Source: Bacteroidota bacterium (GTDB taxonomy: Bacteria > Bacteroidota > Bacteroidia > Chitinophagales > Chitinophagaceae). From it: a stretch of DNA of 41,163 nucleotides. A program made the position numbers and the translations under genes. This document shows, one piece after another, positions 1-9,385 of this stretch (its first letter is position 1; each line of letters opens with the position of its first letter). The notes beneath the pieces are model-generated. The model had not been told where the DNA came from. It was given only the letters and a program-made list of their open reading frames with translations, and did no database searches. The stretch is from assembly GCA_013285905.1 (NCBI GenBank), contig JABDGU010000015.1:1-41163 (forward strand). Direction: 5' to 3'.

Positions 1-1158
1 CTTAATGATTATTCCAAGCAACTGGAACTCGATATCCGCATCGCGGAAGGAAGTGTTTTCAAACAGGCAGGTGTCAATTTCAATCTCGCCTCTCCTAAAC
101 AATTAGGTGAGGTTCTTTTCGACATCATGAAGATCGACATCGACTCATCGTCCAAAACTAAAAAAACCAAAACGGGCCAGTACGCCACAGGCGAAGATGT
201 GTTGCTCAAACTCCGCCATAAACACCAGATAGTCGAAGACATTCTTGTTTACCGCGAGCTCACTAAATTGAAAAGCACTTATGTAGATGCGCTGCCCCAA
301 TTGATAAACCCTCGCACCGGCCGCCTGCATACGTCCTTCAATCAAACAGTAGCTGTCACCGGCCGTCTCAGCAGCAATAATCCCAACTTGCAAAACATTC
401 CTATCCGCACAGAGCGCGGCCGCGAGATACGTAAAGCATTTGTCTCACGCGGCAAAGATTTTTGCATAGTCTCTGCCGATTACTCCCAGATCGAATTGCG
501 CATCGTGGCTTCTATTAGTGGCGATGAAAATATGATACAGGCATTCAAAGACAATAAAGACATTCACACGGCCACGGCTGCAAGGGTTTATAATATTGAA
601 GAAAAAGACGTGAAATCAGATATGCGCCGTGCTGCAAAGGCGGTCAACTTTGGTATCATATATGGCCAATCGGCTTTTGGCCTTGCCGAAAATCTTGGCA
701 TTAGCCGCTCCGAGGCAAAAACAATTATCGACAATTATTTTACACAATACCCCTCGGTCAAAAAGTACATGGACCAATCCATCAACTTTGCTAAAGAGCA
801 TGGCTATGTGCAAACGGTCATGGGACGCAAACGCTGGCTCAGGGATATTCACTCTGCCAATTTCACCGTGCGTGGCTATGCCGAGCGCAATGCCATCAAC
901 ATGCCTATACAGGGCACCGCTGCCGATATGATAAAGCTCGCCATGATTTCTGTGCATCGTCAGCTCGTAAAACAAAACATGCGCACCAAAATGGTCTTAC
1001 AGGTACATGATGAATTGGTATTTGATGTACCGAACGATGAAATAAATGAAGCTAAACAACTCATAAAAGAATGTATGGAGTCAGCCATGAAATTACCCAA
1101 TGATGTACCTATTAATGCAGAAACAGGCTCCGGCAACAATTGGCTTGAAGCACATTAA
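1..1158 (+). CDS. polA: DNA polymerase I, C-terminal polymerase domain (5' end lies upstream of the window)
   Basis: The reading frame is open from base 1 (LNDYSKQLELDIRIAEG...FNLASPKQLGEVLF), so the tabulated start at 127 is internal. Family A polymerase motifs are present: motif A DYSQIELRIVA, motif B RRAAKAVNFGIIYG, motif C QVHDELVFD. Stop at 1156-1158. Confidence 0.93.
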   Translation, partial: LNDYSKQLELDIRIAEGSVFKQAGVNFNLASPKQLGEVLFDIMKIDIDSSSKTKKTKTGQYATGEDVLLKLRHKHQIVEDILVYRELTKLKSTYVDALPQLINPRTGRLHTSFNQTVAVTGRLSSNNPNLQNIPIRTERGREIRKAFVSRGKDFCIVSADYSQIELRIVASISGDENMIQAFKDNKDIHTATAARVYNIEEKDVKSDMRRAAKAVNFGIIYGQSAFGLAENLGISRSEAKTIIDNYFTQYPSVKKYMDQSINFAKEHGYVQTVMGRKRWLRDIHSANFTVRGYAERNAINMPIQGTAADMIKLAMISVHRQLVKQNMRTKMVLQVHDELVFDVPNDEINEAKQLIKECMESAMKLPNDVPINAETGSGNNWLEAH

Positions 1159-1245
1159 TTGATTGCTTTGTGGATTTCAGCGAGTATATGTGGGAAACTT
1201 CCGCGATATTATTTTACCTTTTTAACCTATTAACCCTTTAACCTG

Positions 1246-2862
1246 TTACCGGCTCGCGTACAATGTGATCACATAATCATCCAGCATTTTTCGGCTGCTT
1301 GCGTCAAAATAGTTTGCAACATTTACAAACATTCTTTTGTCTGTGGTTCTTGCAAACGCTTCTTTCGCAAATTGGAGTCTCGAATCAACATCAGGAAGCA
1401 GTTTCACGATTTCCAATACCTGTGCAGAACATAACACATGGCTGTTGGCTATTTGCCGTGCGGCAGCAAGTTTTGATTCATCATTTTCACGAGTCGATAC
1501 CATCTGTTTAAAATACTCAAATGTCTTATCATCCATCACGCCCGCAAGCATACTGCTCTCATCATTCATCACGCCCGCCCGCATGTCATTATTCGTTTTT
1601 ATGCCTGGTCTGTGTATCAGGTGCAGTATATAATTGCCGAGCCTTTTTTTAGTTTTTTTATCAAAATTGTCTGCCACCTTATCATAAAACTCGTTCCTGT
1701 CCACAGTTCTCAGGTAGGCTTGTTTCGCAAACTCAAGCTTTGCATCACGCGTGGGCAGCAATTTCACAAAGTCCGATACCTGTTCCGATGTAAAGCAATT
1801 ACTGATTATTACATTCTGTGCGGTGGTCAACATTTTATATGTATTGTCGCTGGTAGACAATATCATTTTTTTCATAGTTCCGAAACTACGCTCATCCATG
1901 GGCTCGCAATCACCCGTCGTTTTATTATCTTTTTTCGCAACACTGGCAAAAGCTTTTTGCTCTGCTGTCTTATTTATCGCTTTGTTATTTTTTATGTTTT
2001 CATTTAGGCTGTTCAACTCATCCAAATTATCACAATTAAGGCTAATTCTTAGCTCTGGTTTAGTATATATGCTTGTAACTTCTATAGGCGCACATTTACT
2101 AATACTAACTATATCCTTTCTGTCGGCTTTTATTTTATTAGTATTTTTTAAACCAACCTCGGCTGGCACTTTTTCTTGTGCTTTAGTATCATTCTTAGCC
2201 AAAAATATTTCAGGGGCTTCAACTGCTTTTACTTCAGGAGTAAAATTACTAAGCAATACCTTTTCAACCTTCACACCATGTTTACGCAATTCGCTTTTAA
2301 TATCCTTATTGATATTGCTTTGCAACTCGTTCCATTTATCGGTACTCAACGAAGCGGCACTATATATGTGGGCCTCATTGCTTACGCTGGATAAAGAGAG
2401 CGGGTGAATCAGCTTGTCTTTATAATTAATTCCGGTTTCTGTGTATAATGCAGCAGCTTCAGATGGAACAAGATGGTAAACAACTGTAAGACCAAGTTTT
2501 ATTATAGAGCCATCTGCGCTCGCGATGCTTATTGTATCCTTATTTACCTGGTGGTATCTTCCTTCTTTAACTATCTCGTATTGTGACTGGGTATCTAACT
2601 TTATTACTTTAGCCAATGGATTAACTAAATGCCAGCCGCTGTTAAGTATTTCAGTCTGTACATGGCCACCCAATTTTACTACCCCAACACAACCATTGTT
2701 CACTCTTATTAAACTTGCCCAAAACAACAAACAAACACCCGATAGCACAAAACTGGCACCGTACAAAAGTTTTTGCAAATCAATCTTCTTATCGCTGGGC
2801 CTCGAGAATAGAAGTCCTGCGATAATGATCACAATACCTAGTATGCCAACATAAATGGCCAT
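1246..2862 (-). CDS. Membrane-anchored SPFH/band-7 (prohibitin/flotillin-like) protein with two C-terminal DUF4476-like repeats
   Basis: N-terminus has two TM helices (MAIYVGILGIVIIIAGLLF; ASFVLSGVCLLFWASLI). An SPFH-like core follows (VGVVKLGGHVQTEILNSGWHLVNPLAKVIKLDTQSQ...IKLGLTVVYHLVPSEAAALY). A K/E/N-rich linker follows. Two ~95-aa C-terminal repeats share a DUF4476-like pattern (EQVSDFVKLLPTRDAKLEFAKQAYLRTVDRNEFYDKVADNF...RLGNYI and AQVLEIVKLLPDVDSRLQFAKEAFARTTDKRMFVNVANYF...MLDDYV). Confidence 0.6.
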   Translation of the reverse strand: MAIYVGILGIVIIIAGLLFSRPSDKKIDLQKLLYGASFVLSGVCLLFWASLIRVNNGCVGVVKLGGHVQTEILNSGWHLVNPLAKVIKLDTQSQYEIVKEGRYHQVNKDTISIASADGSIIKLGLTVVYHLVPSEAAALYTETGINYKDKLIHPLSLSSVSNEAHIYSAASLSTDKWNELQSNINKDIKSELRKHGVKVEKVLLSNFTPEVKAVEAPEIFLAKNDTKAQEKVPAEVGLKNTNKIKADRKDIVSISKCAPIEVTSIYTKPELRISLNCDNLDELNSLNENIKNNKAINKTAEQKAFASVAKKDNKTTGDCEPMDERSFGTMKKMILSTSDNTYKMLTTAQNVIISNCFTSEQVSDFVKLLPTRDAKLEFAKQAYLRTVDRNEFYDKVADNFDKKTKKRLGNYILHLIHRPGIKTNNDMRAGVMNDESSMLAGVMDDKTFEYFKQMVSTRENDESKLAAARQIANSHVLCSAQVLEIVKLLPDVDSRLQFAKEAFARTTDKRMFVNVANYFDASSRKMLDDYVITLYASR

Positions 2863-2953
2863 GGTTAAATTATTGTTATATCACCAATACATACCAAATC
2901 TAATATTTAATCGGCTCAATTCCAAAATTATTTCAACAAAGTTTTAAAAACAT

Positions 2954-2989
2954 CTGATTATTGACTATGTATTAGTCAATAAAAATCAG
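2954..2989. promoter_or_regulatory. Palindromic element in a divergent promoter region: perfect 10-bp inverted repeat TTATTGACTA-N5-TAGTCAATAA (2958-2982), flanked by an imperfect outer repeat CTGATT / AATCAG
   Basis: Read directly from the sequence. It lies in the 300-bp AT-rich region between the divergent starts of the SPFH gene (2862, minus) and the lipoprotein gene (3163, plus). Dyad symmetry suggests a binding site for a dimeric regulator. Confidence 0.3.
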
Positions 2990-3162
2990 TTAAATATTTT
3001 TTATAATGAAATGCCTTACATTTGTTATCATATAACTTACTGTAACTTATCATTTTCCTGATTTTAAAATAAAAGTATTTAAATTATACTCTTATTTTAT
3101 TTGTTTTACCGTCTTTGTAAGAGTAAATATTTCAAATTTGTTCTTTTAACCACCTGTGTAAC

Positions 3163-3861
3163 ATGAAATATTCCTATTGGCTTATTCCCGTTTTTTTACT
3201 TCTGTATTCGTGCCATAAAAACTCGCCGGCTGCCACTCCTTTTTCTTATTTTGTTACAAAGCTCCCGGATGATACTATCATGCAGGGCGGCAGGGCCGGT
3301 GTCACTTTGCTGGTTTCACTACTTAACGGTCTCCCCGACTCCGTAACGTTAAAATTTTCTGGTCTTCCGGCTAACATAAGTGTCAACCCGGGTAGCAGCA
3401 GTTATTTAGCTTCCTATTCCCAGGATTTTCTTTTCTTCGCAACCGATTCAGCCGCGCTCGGTGTACACCCAATAACTGTAATAGCCTCAAGCCTTTCTCT
3501 ACCGGATCAGGTTTCTACTTTTAATATGACAGTTATGCCTACTGATTGCTCGGTCAACCTGGTTGATACTGCAATTGCTCACGACACATGCAACATTGGT
3601 AATTATATTTATACGGTGGCTATCACAGAAGGGGATTCTCTTTACCAGGTATCCATTACAAATTTAGCGGGCTCGGCCAGTTCTGTTTTCGCAGATGTTA
3701 ATTGTCCGGCAGCTACGCTTACAATTCCCCAACAATATATAAGCAGCAATCTTTCCTTTGCTGGCACAGGTACTTTCACGGCAAACAAGATTGTAATTAA
3801 CTATAGCACTTACAATACTTCAGGTCCAACAGTAACATGTATGATGACCATCAATAGATAG
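3163..3861 (+). CDS. Hypothetical lipoprotein (232 aa)
   Basis: Lipoprotein-type signal peptide with a Cys near the cleavage site (MKYSYWLIPVFLLLYSCHKNS). Ser/Thr-rich, with no recognisable catalytic motif. ORF preceded by an AT-rich promoter region. Confidence 0.5.
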   Translation: MKYSYWLIPVFLLLYSCHKNSPAATPFSYFVTKLPDDTIMQGGRAGVTLLVSLLNGLPDSVTLKFSGLPANISVNPGSSSYLASYSQDFLFFATDSAALGVHPITVIASSLSLPDQVSTFNMTVMPTDCSVNLVDTAIAHDTCNIGNYIYTVAITEGDSLYQVSITNLAGSASSVFADVNCPAATLTIPQQYISSNLSFAGTGTFTANKIVINYSTYNTSGPTVTCMMTINR

Positions 3862-4006
3862 TTCTTTGTCATTTCCTATGCTGTTGTTGGTCCGCCTGAT
3901 CAACAATGCCACTTACAATAGCCCCGGCCTTTAGGTCGGGTACAATAAAAAAACGGATATCGGCTTCAGCCAAAATTTTTTAAGGGTAATTCTAATGTAT
4001 AGGTAT

Positions 4007-5131
4007 TCACTTCACACACTTCATCATGCTCTCCCATAACTGGTCTGCGGCTTTGTCCCAGTTAAATTTTTTCACCTGCTCTCCGGCTGCTGCGATAAGC
4101 TTAGAGCGCAGGTTCTCATCTTTGTATAGCTGTTCCATTTTGTTGGCAATGTCTTCTACACTATTCGGGTCTACCAGAAGAGCCCCGCTGCCGGCCACTT
4201 CCGGCATAGAGGATGTATTGCTCACTATGGCCGGAACATTGCATTGTAAAGCCTCCAGTATGGGTATCCCGAAACCTTCAAACAGGGATGGATAAACCAA
4301 TGCATAGGCACCTCCAATCACTTTCGACAGTTCGTCTACATTCATATATCCCACCCATTTCACATCTTCTTTAAACGGCATGTTCTCCTGCATTTCCTGC
4401 ACCTCTTCATACTTCCAGGCCAGGCGGCCTGCCACAACAAGTTTCATATTGCTACGCTGCTTTTTCTTAAAAGCTATAAAAGCTTTCAGCAGGTTAACAA
4501 TATTTTTCCTGGGGTGCAATGCACCGGCAAATACAAAATATTCACAGCCATCTGCATATTGCTTTTTTGCTGCCTCGCGTTCAGCCGGGCTTAGTGGTTT
4601 GTATTCATCGTGCGCTCCGTTATATGCTACGTCTATTTTGTTGGGATCAATGGCATAACGTTTGCTGATATCCTGTTTCGAAAAATTAGATACGGTATAT
4701 ATCTGTTTTGCCTTTCTTGCAAACAAAGGCGAATAATGCCGCCAGTACCATCGGTGGCTCATTACAAAGTGGTCAGGGAAATGTTCAAATGCAAGATCAT
4801 GTATAACAAGGCATGTCGGTATCTTGGTTGACAAAGACATAAAACCATCAGGCGACAAAAAAAGATCTGCTTTATATATTCTTAGCAGCAGGGGGATCGT
4901 CCACTCAAACCACAAATAAAAAAGTATCGGGTGCCTGGCTTGGGGAGGTGCTACCACCGGCTTCACATTTGGGGCAAATATAAAAGAGGGGTCATAGGGC
5001 CTGTCAAAAAAGAAAATAAACTCATGTTCCGGATGCTTACGCACTATCCGTTCCAGCGTTTGATAGCTAAACCAACCGATCCCTTCCAGTTTCCCTTTTA
5101 GTAATAATCTTGTATTTACCGCTATGCGCAT
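4007..5131 (-). CDS. Glycosyltransferase family 4 (GT-B fold, RfaG/WcaL-like)
   Basis: C-terminal GT1/GT4 signature: LVYPSLFEGFGIPILEALQCNVPAIVSNTSSMPEVAGSGALLVDPNSVEDIANKM (E-x7-E motif). 374 aa, a typical length for the family. Confidence 0.8.
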   Translation of the reverse strand: MRIAVNTRLLLKGKLEGIGWFSYQTLERIVRKHPEHEFIFFFDRPYDPSFIFAPNVKPVVAPPQARHPILFYLWFEWTIPLLLRIYKADLFLSPDGFMSLSTKIPTCLVIHDLAFEHFPDHFVMSHRWYWRHYSPLFARKAKQIYTVSNFSKQDISKRYAIDPNKIDVAYNGAHDEYKPLSPAEREAAKKQYADGCEYFVFAGALHPRKNIVNLLKAFIAFKKKQRSNMKLVVAGRLAWKYEEVQEMQENMPFKEDVKWVGYMNVDELSKVIGGAYALVYPSLFEGFGIPILEALQCNVPAIVSNTSSMPEVAGSGALLVDPNSVEDIANKMEQLYKDENLRSKLIAAAGEQVKKFNWDKAADQLWESMMKCVK

Positions 5132-5358
5132 AAGCTATGGGGGGCAAAAATATAATTTTACCGTTTACTACTCTATCAAATATCCCTTATTATGCCTGTT
5201 TTTTGTAAAAAAAACCCTTTTTTTAATAATTACAGGTGTCCCGCTTATGCCAATATGAATATTCGTACTCATTTAATAGTTCCTATCTGCTTGTTAAACC
5301 TTTGCTTTATTGCCAAACCAATACAAATAGCAGTATTTTGCATTAAATTCTGATTATT

Positions 5359-6333
5359 ATGAACAAATTTTTCCTCCTTTCTCTGCTTGCACTTTCAACC
5401 CTTACAAGTGCATTTGCACAGCAGGTAAATTACAGAGACGATATCATCTATCTTGACGAGCAACCCTATGCCATAATGAAAAAGTCAGGCGGTATGATGT
5501 CGGATTATAGTGTTCGTACCCTTGATAATAAAGAAGTGATGATGGTACATTTTGACAAAGGTGATGGTGGGTCTCTGAAGTACCTGGCTACCTTTACGGC
5601 CAGCGGCATGCAGGTCTTCCTGAAAAACGATTTCGGTTTTGGAAAAAAACTTGCAAAAGAAGTAGTGGAAAATAACCTTATAAAAAACGGCGCACTAAAC
5701 CCCGCCGGCGAAAGGCGTTTTTTAATGTCGCACAGTTCAGCAGCAGGAGAAGTGATTGTAAACGATAACCCACCGCCACCTGCATATAAAACTACTACTT
5801 ACAACTCCGCTCAGCGCACTGAAGGGGATGATACCTATTCCTATAGCTCACAAAATAGTAATAGCAGCTATCAATCTGCACCTACAACTTATAAAACCAC
5901 AACTACCTACAAATCAGTGCAGCATTATGGAGATGATTCCTATGGAAATAATAACAGCAATCAAAGCAGCAACAGTTATACAAGTTATAGCAGCGATGAT
6001 GCTACCGTACGCCCCAGGACTGTAGATCGCGACCGTGGGCAAAATATTTATGTAGCCGGCGACCGTATCAGACAGGACAATAAGTTGATAGGCCGTTATA
6101 CAAAAACAATTTCTAATGCCGACGGGGAATCATATAGCGTTTTCAGTTTCCTCCTGCCGGATGGCAGCAAGGTAGCAGAAGCAAGAATCAAACAATTCAA
6201 TGGCGACCATTTTAAACTATTCACCATTTATGACAACAAAGTAAGAATGGTCTCCATCAACCCCGATACCAATATAGATTTCGACCAGGTACGCGAGATA
6301 GCACGCTATCTTTCGGAACATAGTTATTTGTAA
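5359..6333 (+). CDS. Secreted hypothetical protein with an internal low-complexity Y/S/N/T-rich duplicated linker
   Basis: Signal peptide MNKFFLLSLLALSTLTSAFAQQ. Central region has two ~35-aa low-complexity repeats (AYKTTTYNSAQRTEGDDTYSYSS... and TYKTTTTYKSVQHYGDDSYGNNN...). These are flanked by two globular regions that share YSV motifs. Confidence 0.5.
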   Translation: MNKFFLLSLLALSTLTSAFAQQVNYRDDIIYLDEQPYAIMKKSGGMMSDYSVRTLDNKEVMMVHFDKGDGGSLKYLATFTASGMQVFLKNDFGFGKKLAKEVVENNLIKNGALNPAGERRFLMSHSSAAGEVIVNDNPPPPAYKTTTYNSAQRTEGDDTYSYSSQNSNSSYQSAPTTYKTTTTYKSVQHYGDDSYGNNNSNQSSNSYTSYSSDDATVRPRTVDRDRGQNIYVAGDRIRQDNKLIGRYTKTISNADGESYSVFSFLLPDGSKVAEARIKQFNGDHFKLFTIYDNKVRMVSINPDTNIDFDQVREIARYLSEHSYL

Positions 6334-6382
6334 ACATTACTCTTCTTGGAATTTGGAAGTTTTACGATTTAGAACTCCGAAA

Positions 6383-7624
6383 CTATATCGTATAAACGAC
6401 AAGCCCATCGCGTAGCTTAGGTTCAAACCATGTGCTTTTGGGCGGCATTATTTCGCCGCTATCGGCAATAGCAAATAATTGCTTCATGCTAACAGGGTAT
6501 AAAGAAAATGCAGCAGCCATTTCTTTGCTATCCACACGCTTTTGCAGTTCGCCCATACCACGGATGCCGCCTACAAAATCCACGCGCTTGTCCGTACGCG
6601 GGTCATTAATATCCAGCAATTTTGAAAGTACATTTCGCTGCAGGATGCTTATGTCCAATGTGCCGATAGGATCATCAGTATAAGTACCGGGTTTGGCTAA
6701 CATCTTATACCAGTTGCCGTCCATATACATCCCAAACTCGTACGCCTGTTTAGGTTTAAATGCTTCTTTACCAACATTGCTTACATCAAAATCTTTTTTC
6801 AGCGCTTCCACAAATTCTTCCGGCTTCATTTTGTTCAGGTCTTTTACCACCCTGTTGTAGTCCAATATCCTGCACTGGCTGGCCGGGAAGATGCAGCTTA
6901 CAAAATAATTAAATGATTCTTCACCGTTCACGGACATACCGTTCTCCCGCATATCCATACAAACCTTTCCCGCCGATGCCACGCGGTGGTGACCATCCGC
7001 AATATAGGTACAAGGCACTTCTTCATAAAAATAGCGGCTTATCATCGCCACTTTAGGATAATCGTCCAGTACCCAAAAGGTATGCTGCACGCCATCCTCT
7101 GCTGTGAAATCATATTCAGGAGCGTGCTCCTTTTTCCAGTCTTCTATTATATGCTCTACATTCTCATTGTCGTTGTAGGCAAGAAATACGATCCCGGTTT
7201 GCGCCCTTGTAGCAACCATGTGGTTAATGCGGTCCAATTCTTTTTCCGGCCGGGTAAGTTCATGTTTCTTTATGATCCCGTTAAAATAATCATCGCAGGA
7301 AGATCCGCACACAAGGCCTGTTTGCGAACGTCCGCTCATAATAAGCCTGTATATATAATAGCAAGGCTCTTTGTCCTGCATCAATATTTTTTCCTTTACC
7401 ATCAGGTCCAGGTTTTCAGCAGCTCTTTCATACACTTGCTGACTATGCACATCCACATATTCGGGCAGGTCAATTTCAGCCCTGGTGACATGGTAGAAAT
7501 TATAAGGGTTCTTTCTAAACTCCCTGGCCTCAGCCACATTTACAACATCATAAGGTAAGGTTGCTACTTTGTCTGCTAATTCTTTTACAGGTCTCAAACC
7601 CTGGAAGGGTGTTATTTTGGCCAT
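6383..7624 (-). CDS. DUF1015 domain protein (413 aa)
   Basis: The N-terminal pattern MAKITPFQGLRPVKELADKVATLPYDVVN and the internal IKKHELTRPEKELDRINHM segment match what I recall of the DUF1015 family. It starts 24 bp downstream of serC on the same strand, so co-transcription is likely. Confidence 0.6.
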   Translation of the reverse strand: MAKITPFQGLRPVKELADKVATLPYDVVNVAEAREFRKNPYNFYHVTRAEIDLPEYVDVHSQQVYERAAENLDLMVKEKILMQDKEPCYYIYRLIMSGRSQTGLVCGSSCDDYFNGIIKKHELTRPEKELDRINHMVATRAQTGIVFLAYNDNENVEHIIEDWKKEHAPEYDFTAEDGVQHTFWVLDDYPKVAMISRYFYEEVPCTYIADGHHRVASAGKVCMDMRENGMSVNGEESFNYFVSCIFPASQCRILDYNRVVKDLNKMKPEEFVEALKKDFDVSNVGKEAFKPKQAYEFGMYMDGNWYKMLAKPGTYTDDPIGTLDISILQRNVLSKLLDINDPRTDKRVDFVGGIRGMGELQKRVDSKEMAAAFSLYPVSMKQLFAIADSGEIMPPKSTWFEPKLRDGLVVYTI

Positions 7625-7648
7625 AATGGATGTTTTAACAAGTTTATT

Positions 7649-8749
7649 TTAAATGCTCACGCTATGTTCATATTCTTTCATAGCTGTTACCAATTGCTCT
7701 GTTGCCTGCATCGTAACAGCATTATATAACGATACCCTGAAACCCCCTAATGAGCGGTGCCCTTTTACCCCACTGATATTTCTTTCTTCGCAAAATTTCA
7801 GAAAACCTTTTTCAGTTGCCGGGTCAATAGCGGTAAAGCAAACATTCATGAGGCTTCTGTCTTCTTTGTTCTGTACATATAAATTAAACAAAGAATTCCG
7901 CTCTACTTCCTCATATAATATATGCGCCTTCTGCCTGTTCTCTTTTTCTAAGCTATCAATGCCCTGCGCTTTGGTCCAGCGCAACGTAAGCAGTGCAGTG
8001 TAAATTGCAAAAACAGGCGCAGTATTCAATATGGAGTTCTCATTTGCTTGTGCCTTATAATCCAGCATAGATGGCAAAGACCGCTTAATTCGCTGTAGCA
8101 TATCCTTACGTATCACAACAAGTGTCACACCGGCCGCACCGACATTTTTTTGCACTGCTGCATAAAACATGTCGCAGTTTTTATAGTCGCGCTTGCTGCA
8201 AAATATATCGCTGCTCATATCAGCTATCAGCGGCACATTGCATTTAGGCACAGTCTGCCACTGGCTGCCGTAAATAGTGTTGTTGCTTGTATAATGTAAG
8301 TAAGATAAATGCGCCGGTATAAATTCAGGCCAGGATGGTAAATGATTATAACGGTCATCTGCTGATGAAGCCAGCACCTGCACATTGCCATAAAATTTTG
8401 CGTATTCCATAGCGCTGTGCGACCAATGGTCGCTGTCTATATAGCCTGCAAAATCATCCTTGCCAAGAAAGTTCATAGGTATCATGCAAAACTGCATGCG
8501 CCCGCCGCCATGCATCCACAATATTTCATAATCCTCATCCAGTTCACAAAGCTCTCTTACCAGTTGTTTGCTTTCTTCTATTATATTGGCAAATGCAGTT
8601 CCCCTGTGTGATATTTCAAGAATAGAAAGGCCGCTGTTATTATATTCTACTACAGCTGCTGCTGCTTGCTGCAATACTTCTGCAGGCAAAGCCCCGGGGC
8701 CGGCATTAAAGTTCAGTTTTCTGTTCATTTTTCTTTTCTTCATCAACAT
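7649..8749 (-). CDS. serC: 3-phosphoserine aminotransferase
   Basis: NFNAGPGALPAEVLQQA near the N-terminus and a class-V aminotransferase fold including SHRG. The true start is probably an internal Met (MNRKLNF at 8728, or 8743). The 5' end overlaps the 3' end of the upstream DUF502 gene. Confidence 0.85.
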   Translation of the reverse strand: MLMKKRKMNRKLNFNAGPGALPAEVLQQAAAAVVEYNNSGLSILEISHRGTAFANIIEESKQLVRELCELDEDYEILWMHGGGRMQFCMIPMNFLGKDDFAGYIDSDHWSHSAMEYAKFYGNVQVLASSADDRYNHLPSWPEFIPAHLSYLHYTSNNTIYGSQWQTVPKCNVPLIADMSSDIFCSKRDYKNCDMFYAAVQKNVGAAGVTLVVIRKDMLQRIKRSLPSMLDYKAQANENSILNTAPVFAIYTALLTLRWTKAQGIDSLEKENRQKAHILYEEVERNSLFNLYVQNKEDRSLMNVCFTAIDPATEKGFLKFCEERNISGVKGHRSLGGFRVSLYNAVTMQATEQLVTAMKEYEHSVSI

Positions 8750-9308
8750 TTGTTACGCCGCCGCTCACCGCAAACTTCATGGCCTCCGCTGCATTCATAT
8801 CCGTTACGGGTTTCACATTTATCACATCGGTTACTATTACCCACCCGGATATAGCATACGAATGTGGTAAATAAACCGCCACTTTGTTTTCCATACCCGG
8901 TCCAAAATAAGACATATCTTTTTGTGTCATAAACCCTATGCGCCATATTTCCGGGTTGCGGTTAGTGCATACCCAAACAGGCACATTAAACCTTTTCTTA
9001 TCCCCCACAAAGGAGCTTATCATATCCTTCACAGATGAATAGATGTATTTAACGCCGGGGGTATGTTCAAGTACATAAGCAAATGCATCAAATAACCACT
9101 TGCCTATAAAGAAACGTGTGCCGAGATAGCCGATCAGGGTTACTATCCCAATTATCATGAAGAAACCCAGGCCACGTGGCATGAAAGGTATAATACTATC
9201 AACGCTGTCAAACACCTTATATATTACCAATGCTGTGATCGCGATAGGGCTTAGCAAAATAAGCCCCTGCAGAAAAGAACGAAACAACATTATGGCAAAA
9301 CGACGCAT
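8706..9308 (-). CDS. DUF502-family small membrane protein
   Basis: 200 aa. N-terminal TM hairpin (FLQGLILLSPIAITALVIYKVF; FMIIGIVTLIGYLGTRFFIG), then a soluble domain. Architecture and size fit DUF502. Its 3' end overlaps the serC start, suggesting an operon. Confidence 0.45.
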   Translation of the reverse strand: MRRFAIMLFRSFLQGLILLSPIAITALVIYKVFDSVDSIIPFMPRGLGFFMIIGIVTLIGYLGTRFFIGKWLFDAFAYVLEHTPGVKYIYSSVKDMISSFVGDKKRFNVPVWVCTNRNPEIWRIGFMTQKDMSYFGPGMENKVAVYLPHSYAISGWVIVTDVINVKPVTDMNAAEAMKFAVSGGVTNVDEEKKNEQKTEL

Positions 9309-9385
9309 AAATATAAATTAGCGGAACAAAGTTATTTGTTATTTATTATGTTTCATGGACTTTATGCCAGCTAACTCTTAAATTT

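Noticed and set aside
1751-2407. 218-aa plus-strand ORF, plus other long antisense ORFs (6986-7558, 9425-9991, 13917-14540, 21657-22172, 28644-29099)
   Set aside because: Each lies entirely inside, and antisense to, a gene with clear family motifs. Their translations are low-complexity with no recognisable domains, as expected for shadow ORFs.
3911-3945. Imperfect hairpin CCCCGGCC-TTTA-GGTCGGG after the GT4 gene as a terminator
   Set aside because: The hairpin is followed by an A-run on the plus strand and preceded by the T-run on the minus strand, so neither orientation gives stem-then-U-tract geometry.
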